Below, one piece after another: positions 10,165 to 19,850 of a DNA stretch of 64,000 nucleotides. Location: assembly GCA_963783375.1 (NCBI GenBank), contig CAWANH010000029.1, positions 640,001 through 704,000 of the forward strand, read 5' to 3'. The notes below the pieces were generated by a model. The model had not been told where the DNA came from. It made no database searches and was given only the letters and a program-made list of their open reading frames with translations. The DNA is from Candidatus Eiseniibacteriota bacterium. GTDB taxonomy: Bacteria > Eisenbacteria > RBG-16-71-46 > JABDJR01. A program made the position numbers and the translations under genes. The stretch's first letter is position 1. Every line of letters begins with the position of its first letter.

Positions 10165-10725
10165 CTAGGCGCCGCTCTCGGGACTCGGGGGCTCTCCGCC
10201 GCCCTCCGGCGGCGCCGCCGCTTCCGGAGCCGGCGCACCGCCCTCGCCCAGGCCCAGCTCCTTCATGATCTTCTCCCGTTGGGTCGGATCCTGGAGCAGG
10301 GCCTCGATCTTCTTCCTGAACGCGGGGACGTTGGCCAGCGGACCCTTGAGCGCGGTGAGAGCCTCGCGGAGATCGAGGAGCTTGTTCAGCTCCGGGACCT
10401 GCCGCGCCACCGCCGCGGGCTCGAAGTCCTTGAGGGTCTTGAACTGGAGCTTCGCGCTCAGCTCCTCTCCCTCGCCGCCGGTCAGGGTATTGGGGACGTT
10501 GATGGCCACGCCGAGCTTCTGCTGCCCCATCACGTCGTTGAAATTGTCCTTGTCCACCGAGAGCGCCTTGCGTTCTTCCAGCGCCGTCTCGTCCTCCCGG
10601 TTGGTGAAATCTCCCAGGACCATGAGCTTGAGCGGAAGCTCGATCTCCGCCTGGGCCCCACCGGTGGCGGGCTTGTAGACGATGTTCACTCGCTCCTTGG
10701 GAGCTACCGATCCTTCCTTGGCCAT
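10165..10725 (-). CDS. tssB: T6SS sheath small subunit TssB/VipA
   Basis: SVAPKERVNIVY...ELPLKLMVLGDF...DFEPAAVARQVPELNKLLDLREAL. Confidence 0.97.
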   Translation of the reverse strand: MAKEGSVAPKERVNIVYKPATGGAQAEIELPLKLMVLGDFTNREDETALEERKALSVDKDNFNDVMGQQKLGVAINVPNTLTGGEGEELSAKLQFKTLKDFEPAAVARQVPELNKLLDLREALTALKGPLANVPAFRKKIEALLQDPTQREKIMKELGLGEGGAPAPEAAAPPEGGGEPPSPESGA

Positions 10726-10843
10726 GGTCCTCTCCTTGGCGTTGATGACAACGAGGGCGGCGCCGTCTCACGAGGCCGGAACCCTCCGGCCTCCCGGTCC
10801 CGCCGGGTCTCCGTCTCCGAACAACCGGGCGCGGCTTCGGGGA

Positions 10844-12415
10844 TCAACCCCTTCCGTCCGCGTCCAGGGCCGCCGGCACGTCGAGTCGATAGAGCCGGCT
10901 CAGGAGGTCGCGGTTTCGCTCCACGGCCTCGGGTCCGGTCCCCCGTCCCGCCTTGCGGCGACAGGCGAGCAGGGCCTTGAGAACCTCCGCCCCCAGCTCG
11001 GGGGCCCAGTCCTCGTAGGTGGTCCGGGCCAGCTCCCGGTCCAGGTTGTCGAGCAGCGCCTCGCCCGCCCCGGGCTGCCCGCGATCCAGACACAGCCGGG
11101 CCGTCTCGAGCTTCCACTGGACCCGCGCCCGGACGGTGCCGGCGCGGGCCGCTCCGTCTTCCAGGAGGCGGAGCGCTTCGGGAAGGCGCTTCTTCCCGGC
11201 GAGTTTCCGGGCCTCCTGGCGCGCCTCCTCGAACCCCTCCATCTCGGTCTCGTCCCCGGCGGAGACGCTCGCCGGAGCGGGCTCGGGCGCGCCCCCGCCT
11301 CCACCCAGGGCGCCGGCCACCCGCGTCTGGATCCAGGTCCGGGTGGCGTTGTCGGCCAGGGGCGTCCCGTCGGCGAAGCGAAGGTCCTTGAGCTCCGGCA
11401 GGCGCTTGAGCAGGAGGGCCAGCTCCTCGCACACCGCCTCGGCGGCCGGGACGAATTCCTCCCCCATTCCCTCCAGGGCGCTCACCGCGAATCGGTGGAG
11501 GTCCAGCCAGAAGATCCCGGTGGAAAGCTTGTCCTCGGCGCGGGTGAGCACGCCTTTGAACTCCCCGCGGCCGAGCGCCGCCTCGAGTTCGGCACCGAGA
11601 TCCCCGGGGGACGGAATCTGGGTCTGGCCCCCGGTGCTGGGCGGCGCACCGGCGACCCGGGCCCACACCATCTGCCGGGGCAGCCGATAGGCCAACGGGT
11701 TGGTCGGCTCGCTCTCCCGGAGCACCGCGGCCGTAGCCAGGGCCAGACGCCGGATCTCGGTCAGGGCCTTCTGGGCTTCGTCGGGTGAACTCACCGTCCC
11801 CACCGAGGAACCACCCCCCGACGCAGCCGGCGTTCCCCCGGCCGGCGTGGCGGGTTGGGGCGGAGGAGCCGCCCGCATCGCCGCCTCGTCGAGAGCCCGC
11901 CGAAGCTCGGACAGGAGCGTCCCCCCGTCCGGGACGCGCTCGGCCAGGAGCGCGCCGATCTCCTTCAACCGCTCCAGGCAGGTGGCGAGATCCTCCGGGC
12001 TTCCGCGCTTTGCTCCCGGGGCGGACACCTGCTTCGCGCCGCGCTCGCCCAACCACTCGATGGCCGCTACCCGGCCGCGCATGCGCTTCATCGGCGGGAA
12101 CAGGGTTTCCCAGAAGTTGCTCACCAGATCGCGAAGAATGGTAAGCCCGGCGACCAGGCCGGCGAAGCCGTCCCGCTCGTACAGGCCGACGCAGAGCCAG
12201 GCCGCCACGAGGAGATCCTTGGATCGCGTCTCCAGGATCGCCCCCGCTCCCTGGACCACGTCCCCCCATGCCACCTCGGGCAGGGTGGGGAGCTCCAGCT
12301 TCCGGATTTCCTGCTGAATGCTCTCGTATTCAGGATCGTCCCGCGCCGAATCTCCGGCGGGGGCGTCGTCTCGAATCGGTTTGGACCCGAGGTCCAGGAG
12401 CTCGGCTACGCTCAC
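10844..12415 (-). CDS. tssA: T6SS TssA, long form (ImpA N-domain plus VasJ-like region)
   Basis: PAGDSARDDPEYESIQQEI...SKDLLVAAWL...FWETLFP; C-half AYRLPR..W, FWLDLHR, FADGTPLAD, WAPEL. Confidence 0.92.
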   Translation of the reverse strand: MSVAELLDLGSKPIRDDAPAGDSARDDPEYESIQQEIRKLELPTLPEVAWGDVVQGAGAILETRSKDLLVAAWLCVGLYERDGFAGLVAGLTILRDLVSNFWETLFPPMKRMRGRVAAIEWLGERGAKQVSAPGAKRGSPEDLATCLERLKEIGALLAERVPDGGTLLSELRRALDEAAMRAAPPPQPATPAGGTPAASGGGSSVGTVSSPDEAQKALTEIRRLALATAAVLRESEPTNPLAYRLPRQMVWARVAGAPPSTGGQTQIPSPGDLGAELEAALGRGEFKGVLTRAEDKLSTGIFWLDLHRFAVSALEGMGEEFVPAAEAVCEELALLLKRLPELKDLRFADGTPLADNATRTWIQTRVAGALGGGGGAPEPAPASVSAGDETEMEGFEEARQEARKLAGKKRLPEALRLLEDGAARAGTVRARVQWKLETARLCLDRGQPGAGEALLDNLDRELARTTYEDWAPELGAEVLKALLACRRKAGRGTGPEAVERNRDLLSRLYRLDVPAALDADGRG

Positions 12416-12547
12416 AAATGCACTCGTTCCTTACCAGGCACCAGAAAAACCGAACCGTCCTGGGTGAGATCCGGGAGGCTCCGGCGGAAATAGGCGGCGC
12501 CCGGCCGGATCGGCTTCCGGAGTGATCCGGTCGGGTATGGCTCAGCG

Positions 12548-12576
12548 AGTCTAGAGGAGGTGGGGCCCGGATTCAA
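12548..12576 (-). promoter_or_regulatory. sigma70-like promoter for the tssA-vgrG segment
   Basis: TTGAAT-17 nt-TAGACT on the minus strand in the tagF-tssA gap. Confidence 0.55.
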
Positions 12577-12658
12577 GCCCGGCATGAATCTCACGGTCGC
12601 CCCCCCTTCCGGACGGAGGCCGAACCGGGGGGCTCGCGTACAAATCGATCCACGCGAC

Positions 12659-13633
12659 TCACGAGCCCCCCCCCAGGAGGCCCAGCGCGTCACCGAGGGT
12701 GGCCCCGGGACGGCCCGAGAGCTCCACCACCGCCGCCGCCCAGGACCCGGCCGCCGGGCCGGGACGAGGAGGGTCCGCCTCGTCGAGGGGATACAAGGTG
12801 TCGCTGTCCAGATCCGGATCCACCAGGTGGAGAAAGGCGGTGGTCCCCGGCGGACGGAAGTAGAGATCGAGGGTTCCCGCGGCGTTCTCTCCGCCCGCCG
12901 ACCAGAAGAGCGCCCGGGGCGAAGCCAGGGCGCGGCCGGTCAGCTCCACCCAGAAGCGCACCCACCCCGCCGCCTCGGGACCGCGACCGGGAACCGGCGC
13001 GCGAAGCCCGTAGGCCGGGGTCCGCCCTTCTGCCGCCCCCACCCGGGTCGCCACCTCCAGGAGATTGGCTCCTACCCGGGAGAGGACCCGCGTCGGTCCG
13101 GATCCATCCGGTCCGGACCAGCTCCCCATCGCGGGCCAGGAGGGCGTCTCTCCGGCCGTCGCCGGGAGAGCGGCGGGAAGCCCGGCCACCGCCTCGGCCA
13201 CCGGTTTGAGGGGCGCGGGGCCGGGCACGTCGCTCAACTCCAGGAGCCGGAGCGCCTCGCTCTCCGCCCGATCCAGAAACGGGACCAGCCCGGCGAGATG
13301 CGTCGCCGGACCCGTGGTTCCCCCGGCCTGGAAGCCGGTGAAGAGAACGAAGGGAAATTTCCGGCCGCTCCGGTCTCGGCCCGCCACCATGACCCCGGCC
13401 AAGCTCTCCCCTTCCCCGCCGGGGGTGAGGAGGAACCGCCAGGCCGGCATCCGGGGGAAGCTCGCGTCCCAGGCGCCCCCCAGCCGGGCGTGGCCCAATC
13501 CCACCCCTTCCTGGAGCCATTCGGTGAAGCCGCGCACCCCGGGGCCGCCCGCGTTCACCGACACGAAATCGGCGGCCAGGGGGAGCTTCCCGAACGCGCC
13601 GGGGCGGGGATCGGGAACGGGTCCGCTCACCAC
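12659..13633 (-). CDS. tagF: T6SS-associated regulator TagF/ImpM
   Basis: FGKLPLAADFV...WLQEG...WRF...GVMVAGRDRSGRKFPF; directly downstream of tssM. Confidence 0.88.
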   Translation of the reverse strand: MVSGPVPDPRPGAFGKLPLAADFVSVNAGGPGVRGFTEWLQEGVGLGHARLGGAWDASFPRMPAWRFLLTPGGEGESLAGVMVAGRDRSGRKFPFVLFTGFQAGGTTGPATHLAGLVPFLDRAESEALRLLELSDVPGPAPLKPVAEAVAGLPAALPATAGETPSWPAMGSWSGPDGSGPTRVLSRVGANLLEVATRVGAAEGRTPAYGLRAPVPGRGPEAAGWVRFWVELTGRALASPRALFWSAGGENAAGTLDLYFRPPGTTAFLHLVDPDLDSDTLYPLDEADPPRPGPAAGSWAAAVVELSGRPGATLGDALGLLGGGS

Positions 13634-13640
13634 GTCCCCG

Positions 13641-16600
13641 TCATCGCCGCGCCGCCACGATATGGGAGGGAAGGCTGAAGCGGAAGAACCCGTTGGAGAG
13701 CGGATGAATCGAGGAGAGACCGCTCACGTTCATGGTCACCGTCACCGGGGACGGCTGGGCGTTGAGGGTCCAGGCAAGGGTGACCTGGTTCGATCCGCCG
13801 GCCTGGATCCGGCCCTGGTCGAGGAGATGGAAGAATCCCCAGGCCCCGGAGAAGCTCAGGGACGGGATCACCGCGGTGTCTCCGGCGTCCAGGCGCAGGT
13901 CGGCCCCGTTCTCGGGATTCGGACCCGGCCAGGTCATGGGGGTCCAGGTGCGCTGACCCATCTGATAGATGAGGGACTGCCCGCCGAGGTCCAGGCGCAC
14001 CCCGCGCATGACGATGGAGCTTTCGCGCTGCACCTGGTCGGGCTGGATGGAGAACCCGAAGCCCGCCTTCTTTCCCCCGTCCGGGAACATCCCGCGACGG
14101 ATCCGGTAGGCGGTTCGCAGACAGTCCAGGAACGCCGGGGACAGGTGGACCCTGGGGTTGGGAAGCTCGTGTCCGTCCTCGGAGACCAAACCGGAGAGCG
14201 ATTCCTGGTAGAATGTCCAGAAGGTACCGTTCGGCCCGAAGAACTGCTCGAAGTCGGCCAGGGAACAGTCCGCGCCGCCGGAGGCCAGGGGAAAGCGACC
14301 GGCCAGGGTGGACTGGTAGTCGCGGAGCACCCGGCTCCAGTTGCTCTGGACGTCGCGTCCCGCCTCGGCTCCCACCGAACCGGTGACCAGGCGCGCGGGG
14401 AGCTTCAGCACCCGGGCCATCTCCTGGGACGCGGGGCTGGTCTCGGTGTTCGGGATGCGCGTATCCACCCAGCTCACCAGCCCGAGCACCGGTTCGCTCT
14501 GGGCGGGGTCGCCGCCCGAGGCGACGGCGGCGTACCCGTTGGCCAGGGCCTTCACCTTGTCGATGTAGTCGAGGTACGGAGCCTGGCCGCCGGAGTCGCC
14601 TCCGTGGAGGAACTTGAACGGCCCACCGCCCCCGGGAGCGCGGAAGAACTCGTGGAGGGCGCCGAATTCGGTTTCCACCGCGATGAGCCCCGGGGCGGAC
14701 TCCTGGTCGAACCGCGTGTTCTGGTCGACCGCCCGGAGCACCTTGAGCACCGGCCCGCTCTCGCCGGCGGCGCGCTCGAGGAAGGAGCGGGTGGCCTCGG
14801 GGTCGGCCCCCGGCTCCACCCGGATCGCGGCCATGAAGTCCTGCCAGTGCGCGCCGTAGTCCCGGCCGTACCGGGTGAGCACCGCTTCCCGGATGCCGGG
14901 AGGGGTGCCGTTCCAGCACTCGCGAAGCACCCAGTCTCCGCGCACGGTCTCCAGCCAGTCCATGTAGTCGGTGACCGGACCCTTCCATCCGTCCTCGGTG
15001 TAGGCGCCGGGGACGGCCACGTCCCCGTACACCCCGACGTCCGCGCCCAGGATGCCCCCCACGGTGATCGACGGGACGGCAGCGCCGGCCTCGCCCACCC
15101 CGGAGTAGACCCCGTCCGCCGACCAGTAACGCTGGATGGCCCGGCGGGACACGTTCTCCACGTGCTCGTCCCGGTAGGGCGCGGGGGGGAAGAGATCGGC
15201 CAGGATCTCCGGGTACCGGGCGGCGTAGGCGATCTGCTTGACGAAGAGCCGGTCGAAATCCTCGCGGTCTTTTCCGTCGGGCACCCCGGTCACCGGAGCC
15301 CAGTAGCCGGAGAGCTGGGCGGCCACCGGCTCGGCGTCGGCCGGGTCCAAACGCGCCGCCGGATCCTGGAGAATGCGCCAGGTCCGGTACCAGCCGTAGT
15401 ACCGGGGAAAGGTCACCCCGAGGCTGTCCGCGTGCTGGACCAGGTTCCGGGCCAGGTAGGGCTGGACCGGCGCCATCACCGCGTCGTGGAGCGAGGCCAG
15501 GTAGAGCCGTCTCGCCGCCTCGGCCGCCTTCTCCCCCTGATAGGTGCCGAGGAGAACCGCCTTGGTCACCGGCCGGCCCCGGTCGTCCATGGCCTCGAGC
15601 TTGGAGCGGAGCGACTCCAGGGTGTGGAGATCGTCCACGGTGAAGTCGAGCGATCCACGCTGCGCCGAGGCCGCCGCGCGATCGCTCAGGGACTGCACCT
15701 GGTGGAGGAGGCGCCGGTTGCCGGCGGAGAGCACCACCAGGGCCACGGTCAGGAGCGCCAGCCCCACGCAGCCCGCGGCGAACACCTTGGCCCGGCGGGA
15801 CCGCCGCCGGCGCTCCCCTTCCGCCGAGGGCCCGGCCACGTAGCGGTCGGGGAACACCACCTTGGAGAACGCGTTCTCGATGAAGTAGCTCTTGGTCTGG
15901 CTGGGCGCGACGGTCATCCCCTCCTCGGAGGCGGCGATCCCGAAGCCCCGGAGCATGGCGTTGATGACCTGATCGATGGGCCGCCCTTCCTGGGTGCCGC
16001 TGGTGAAGTAGAACCCCCGGAAGATCGGACGTTCGTGGTACGGGTTCTCGCGGAACAGGATCTCCACGAACGTGGCCAGACGCTCGGTCAGGGCATGGAA
16101 CTGAAGGGGGAAGAACAGGATCTCCGGACGGCTCTCCGGGTTGGCCGCCTCGGCGGTGCGCGGCACCCGCGCCTGTCGGAGCGCCCCGGTGAGCTTTTCC
16201 ATCTCCGCCCGGAAGATGCCCTCGGCCGGCTCCCGCGCGAACCGCTCCCGGGCGATGGTGGCCCCCCACACCGCCGCCCGCTCGGTCTTGGAGAGGTCCC
16301 CGAAGAACTCCACGAACCCGCGGATGAGATCGCACTTCGTGAACACCACGTAGATCGGGAAGCTGATCCCCAGGCGCTGGATGAGTTCGTCCACCCGGGC
16401 GCGGATCTTCTGGGCGTGGCTCTCGACGTCCTCCTCGCCGCCCATGACCAGGTCCTGGATGGACACCCCCACGATGAGGCCGTTGATGGGCTTCTTCCCC
16501 CGGTGCTTGCGGAGGAGATCGAGGAAGGCCAGCCACTCCTGGGTGTCGTCGGCCTCCACCGGAAGCACGTAGCGTCCGGCGGTGTCGAGGATCACCGCCT

Positions 16601-17132
16601 CGTCGGCGAACCACCAGTCGCAGTTCCGGGTCCCTCCCACCCCGCGCACCGAGGGGCGGTTCCGGCCGGGATCGAGGTAGGGGAAGTTGAGCCCGGAGTT
16701 GGCCAGCACGGTGGTCTTGCCCGACGCCGGCGGGCCGATGATCATGTACCAGGGGAGCACGTAGAGGGCGCCCGCGCCGCCCTTCGACTTCCCCATGCGG
16801 GAACTCTTGAGCGCCTGCACCGCCTCCAGGAGCTGGGTCCGGAGGTGGTCGATCTCCTCCTCCCGGCCGGGACGGCTGGAGACCAGCTGGGACTGGGCCT
16901 GATCCTCCAGCGATTTCTCCAGCGCCGCCCCCGCCCGCTGGGCCCTGAGCCGGAGCAGGAACATGACGATGAGCCAGAGGAAGAGAACGGCCAGGATGCC
17001 CAGGGCCAACCACGGTCCACGGATGCCGAACTGCGGGCCGACCCAGACCAGGATGAGGATGAGGCCCGCGGCGCCGCCGGTCATCAGCGATCCCGGACGG
17101 AGGAGGCGGGACAAGAGGCTCATGAACATCAT
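13641..17132 (-). CDS. tssM: T6SS membrane complex TssM/IcmF
   Basis: LYVLPWYMIIGPPASGKTT, GGTRNCDWWF, LDTAGRY, PINGLIV, RGFYFTSGTQEG; N-terminal TM helices; 1163 aa. Confidence 0.96.
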   Translation of the reverse strand: MMFMSLLSRLLRPGSLMTGGAAGLILILVWVGPQFGIRGPWLALGILAVLFLWLIVMFLLRLRAQRAGAALEKSLEDQAQSQLVSSRPGREEEIDHLRTQLLEAVQALKSSRMGKSKGGAGALYVLPWYMIIGPPASGKTTVLANSGLNFPYLDPGRNRPSVRGVGGTRNCDWWFADEAVILDTAGRYVLPVEADDTQEWLAFLDLLRKHRGKKPINGLIVGVSIQDLVMGGEEDVESHAQKIRARVDELIQRLGISFPIYVVFTKCDLIRGFVEFFGDLSKTERAAVWGATIARERFAREPAEGIFRAEMEKLTGALRQARVPRTAEAANPESRPEILFFPLQFHALTERLATFVEILFRENPYHERPIFRGFYFTSGTQEGRPIDQVINAMLRGFGIAASEEGMTVAPSQTKSYFIENAFSKVVFPDRYVAGPSAEGERRRRSRRAKVFAAGCVGLALLTVALVVLSAGNRRLLHQVQSLSDRAAASAQRGSLDFTVDDLHTLESLRSKLEAMDDRGRPVTKAVLLGTYQGEKAAEAARRLYLASLHDAVMAPVQPYLARNLVQHADSLGVTFPRYYGWYRTWRILQDPAARLDPADAEPVAAQLSGYWAPVTGVPDGKDREDFDRLFVKQIAYAARYPEILADLFPPAPYRDEHVENVSRRAIQRYWSADGVYSGVGEAGAAVPSITVGGILGADVGVYGDVAVPGAYTEDGWKGPVTDYMDWLETVRGDWVLRECWNGTPPGIREAVLTRYGRDYGAHWQDFMAAIRVEPGADPEATRSFLERAAGESGPVLKVLRAVDQNTRFDQESAPGLIAVETEFGALHEFFRAPGGGGPFKFLHGGDSGGQAPYLDYIDKVKALANGYAAVASGGDPAQSEPVLGLVSWVDTRIPNTETSPASQEMARVLKLPARLVTGSVGAEAGRDVQSNWSRVLRDYQSTLAGRFPLASGGADCSLADFEQFFGPNGTFWTFYQESLSGLVSEDGHELPNPRVHLSPAFLDCLRTAYRIRRGMFPDGGKKAGFGFSIQPDQVQRESSIVMRGVRLDLGGQSLIYQMGQRTWTPMTWPGPNPENGADLRLDAGDTAVIPSLSFSGAWGFFHLLDQGRIQAGGSNQVTLAWTLNAQPSPVTVTMNVSGLSSIHPLSNGFFRFSLPSHIVAARR

Positions 17133-17148
17133 GTCGATGACTCCCCGG

Positions 17149-17916
17149 TCACCGGCCCATCCCGGCCATGAACTGGCGGATGGAATCGGCGGTGTTGCCG
17201 GCCGCCCCGTGGGCGAATAGCGCGAAAACCAGGATCAACAGGAGGGCGCCGGGCACGAAGAACGCCGCGGTCACCCACATCGGCACCCCTTCCCCCACCG
17301 CCTCGGAGAAGTCGTCGGGGCGCTTGCCGTGGGGAGAGAGCCCCTCCACGCTCCACCCCTGGCCCCGGGCCAGTTCCCGGGAGAGCTCGCCGATCAGGAC
17401 TTCCAGCTTCTCGCGGCCGAAGAGCTTGAATCGCCCCTCGAACCCCAGGGCGAGACAGTCGTAGTAGATCTCGAGCACCTCGCGGTTCTCGTCCAGGTTC
17501 TGCCGGAGCCGCTCCAGACGGTTGAAGAATTCCTCTCCCGCCACGTTGATCTTGAGGAGCTCGAGCTGGAGCGGGGTCACTCTCCAGGTGTCCTTCCCCG
17601 GCCAGGCGGAGTTCAGGACCGCCTCATCGAAGAGGGCGACCAGGGCGAACCGGGCCTCCTCCACCGCGACCGAGGAGACCCCGGCCTTGCGGGCATCCTC
17701 CTCCATCTTCTCCACCATTTTCACCACGCGCTTGCGGAACTCGGCGGGGTCGCCCAGATCCACCGCCGAACGGAGGGAAAGCACCAGGGAGAAGAGATCG
17801 GCGGCGGCTCCGCCGAGGGAGGTCACCTTGTCCGAGGCGGGCGGCGGGGCCGCCCGCGAAGGGACCGGCGTCGCGCCGGGATTTCGGTTCGCGGATTTCG
17901 AGAACGGGAGTTTCAT
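17149..17916 (-). CDS. tssL: T6SS TssL/DotU (no OmpA domain)
   Basis: ARFALVALFDEAVL...W...LQLELL..NVAGEEFF...LEIYYDCLALGFEGRF plus a C-terminal TM; start at ATG 17916. Confidence 0.92.
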   Translation of the reverse strand: MKLPFSKSANRNPGATPVPSRAAPPPASDKVTSLGGAAADLFSLVLSLRSAVDLGDPAEFRKRVVKMVEKMEEDARKAGVSSVAVEEARFALVALFDEAVLNSAWPGKDTWRVTPLQLELLKINVAGEEFFNRLERLRQNLDENREVLEIYYDCLALGFEGRFKLFGREKLEVLIGELSRELARGQGWSVEGLSPHGKRPDDFSEAVGEGVPMWVTAAFFVPGALLLILVFALFAHGAAGNTADSIRQFMAGMGR

Positions 17917-17921
17917 GGTTT

Positions 17922-19274
17922 TCAATCGTTGAGCGCGATGAGCTCGAGCTGGATGTTGGGGAATTCGGGTGGAGCGTAGAGGGCGATGGCATGGGACCCG
18001 GCCACCAGGTCCCACACGTCCCCCGATTTCTCCACCTGGAAGTAGACGTATCCGGCCTGCACCGGGAGCGAGGCGGGGGCGGTCTGCACGTGACGCACCG
18101 ACACTCCGGTCAGCGCGTTCGAGATCAGGAACTCGATCCGGTCCGGGGTGGCGATCTTGATCTTCTGGGGAAGGCTGGTCTGGATCTCGCCGGTGGGCAT
18201 GGAGGCATAGACCCCCAGGTAGAACCCGACCTTGGGGGCGAGCAGGCGGTCGTCCTCCAACCGCCCGGCGAAGACCTCGTTGGCTCCCTTCTCCAGCGGG
18301 ATGCGGGTGTAGTGCCGCGGCAGCACCGTCTCCATGAGCTTGGGAATGCGGGTCCCGAGATCGGCGAAGGCGGCCTCGGGACGCTCGTGCTCGTAGACCG
18401 CGATGTCCCGGACGTCCTTGTCGCTCATGGTGGTCAACGTGCCGGCCAGCCGGGCCAGGGAGGTGTAGACGCGCTCGGGATGGGCCACCGCTCCGCGCAG
18501 ATAATGGGAGATCTCGGGAATGGCCGCGTTCACCACCCCCAGGAGCCAGAACCCGGCCACGTCGTCCCGGCCGAACTCGGCCACCCCCTTCCCGCTGTGG
18601 CGGCGCCGCTCGGAGAGCTCGCGGGACTTGGCCACCAGGAGTTCCAGGAGCCTCCGCAGGGTGCGAAGAACCGCGTCCGAGGCCCCGATGCTCAGGCAGG
18701 GGGGAACGTGGTCCTCGCGGTAGGCGAACCCCCCCTCGGGCTTCCGCACCACCTCTGCGATGGGAAGGTGGTCGTAGTTCCCCAGGGTCTCCCCCGGGAG
18801 GAGAAGCCGGAAGTTGCGGTGCGAGACGACGATCTCCCGCTCGTTCTCTCCGCTGGTCTCGTCCATCGCCCGCAGGGTGGCCTCCCGGTACCGGGTCTCG
18901 GCCCGGTCGCCGTCGCCGGCGCCGGCCACCTCGCGCTCCCCCGGCCGGTGGATGCGAAGTCCCAGGTAGAGCGGCAGCCGGCTCTCGCTCAACGGGAAGC
19001 GATCCTCGATGTTCAGGCCGGGAGGGGCTTCATCCCGATCGGGGATGGAGAAGGCGCCCCCCAGGGGAAGCACCCCCGCGGCCGAATGGACGACCACCTG
19101 GCCGTTGTGGATGGCGTCCCGGTCGAGCTCGAGAGAGGTCAACCCCCACCCGAAGGGACGGGCGGAGCGGAAAAGCTCCACCGCGGTCTCCTCGTGGTAC
19201 CGATCGAGATGCTGGAGGTGTTGGGGAGTGAGGAGCAGGCCCTCGTTCCACACCAGACGGGTGCGTTTGCTCAT
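17922..19274 (-). CDS. tssK: T6SS baseplate TssK
   Basis: LVWNEGLLLTPQHLQHLDRY...WG...HPERVYTSL...ALTGV...LPVQAGYVYF. Confidence 0.95.
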   Translation of the reverse strand: MSKRTRLVWNEGLLLTPQHLQHLDRYHEETAVELFRSARPFGWGLTSLELDRDAIHNGQVVVHSAAGVLPLGGAFSIPDRDEAPPGLNIEDRFPLSESRLPLYLGLRIHRPGEREVAGAGDGDRAETRYREATLRAMDETSGENEREIVVSHRNFRLLLPGETLGNYDHLPIAEVVRKPEGGFAYREDHVPPCLSIGASDAVLRTLRRLLELLVAKSRELSERRRHSGKGVAEFGRDDVAGFWLLGVVNAAIPEISHYLRGAVAHPERVYTSLARLAGTLTTMSDKDVRDIAVYEHERPEAAFADLGTRIPKLMETVLPRHYTRIPLEKGANEVFAGRLEDDRLLAPKVGFYLGVYASMPTGEIQTSLPQKIKIATPDRIEFLISNALTGVSVRHVQTAPASLPVQAGYVYFQVEKSGDVWDLVAGSHAIALYAPPEFPNIQLELIALND

Positions 19275-19296
19275 CGTGCCCGGGTCCTTCCGGCGG

Positions 19297-19812
19297 TCAT
19301 GGCGCCGCCGACTCGATGCAGTGTTCGCTGCAGTTCAGGGTGACCTTGGACGGGATCTCGGCCAGGGGGCGGATCCAGCGCCAGCAGTTCCCCTCCGATT
19401 TGCAGAAGTTCCCCACCACGGCCAGGTACTGGGCCCCGGACGTGGGATGCACCTCGAACGGCACCTTGGCCCCGGGCTCCAGGATCAGCTCCGACTTGTC
19501 CACCAGCTCCTTCCCGAGCTCCGCGTTCTCGTTCCCCCACAGGGTGCCGAGGGCGGACATGGAGATCCGGGCGTCGCCGGAGAGCTGGTAGACCCGCAGG
19601 GTGAGCGCGTTCCCCACCCCCTCGTCGCAGGAATTCAACAGGTCGACGGCGGCGAGGTTGAGGGTCACCGTCTTCGGCCCCGGCGGGGCTTCGGGCTTGT
19701 CCCCGCCCCCTCCGAATATCGCGCACCCCCCGATCAGCGCGGCGGCGCCGATCCCCCCGATCACCCCGAGGACCGGCCGCAGCCGGCCGGCTCCGCGTCG
19801 TTGCATGCTCAT
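19297..19812 (-). CDS. tssJ: T6SS outer-membrane lipoprotein TssJ
   Basis: Lipobox LIGGC, LTLRVYQL, LILEPG, YLAVVGNF..W. Start may be 19806, 19812 or 19854. Confidence 0.85.
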   Translation of the reverse strand: MSMQRRGAGRLRPVLGVIGGIGAAALIGGCAIFGGGGDKPEAPPGPKTVTLNLAAVDLLNSCDEGVGNALTLRVYQLSGDARISMSALGTLWGNENAELGKELVDKSELILEPGAKVPFEVHPTSGAQYLAVVGNFCKSEGNCWRWIRPLAEIPSKVTLNCSEHCIESAAP

Positions 19813-19850
19813 CTCCCTCTGGTCCAGGCGAACCGGGTCCGCCGTCGACC

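Noticed and set aside
140-17171. Long plus-strand ORFs (140..2056, 2053..4845, 8650..10980, 13065..17171 and others)
   Set aside because: They are antisense shadows of T6SS genes caused by high GC3 and carry no recognisable motifs. The same applies to long antisense and alternate-frame ORFs throughout the window.
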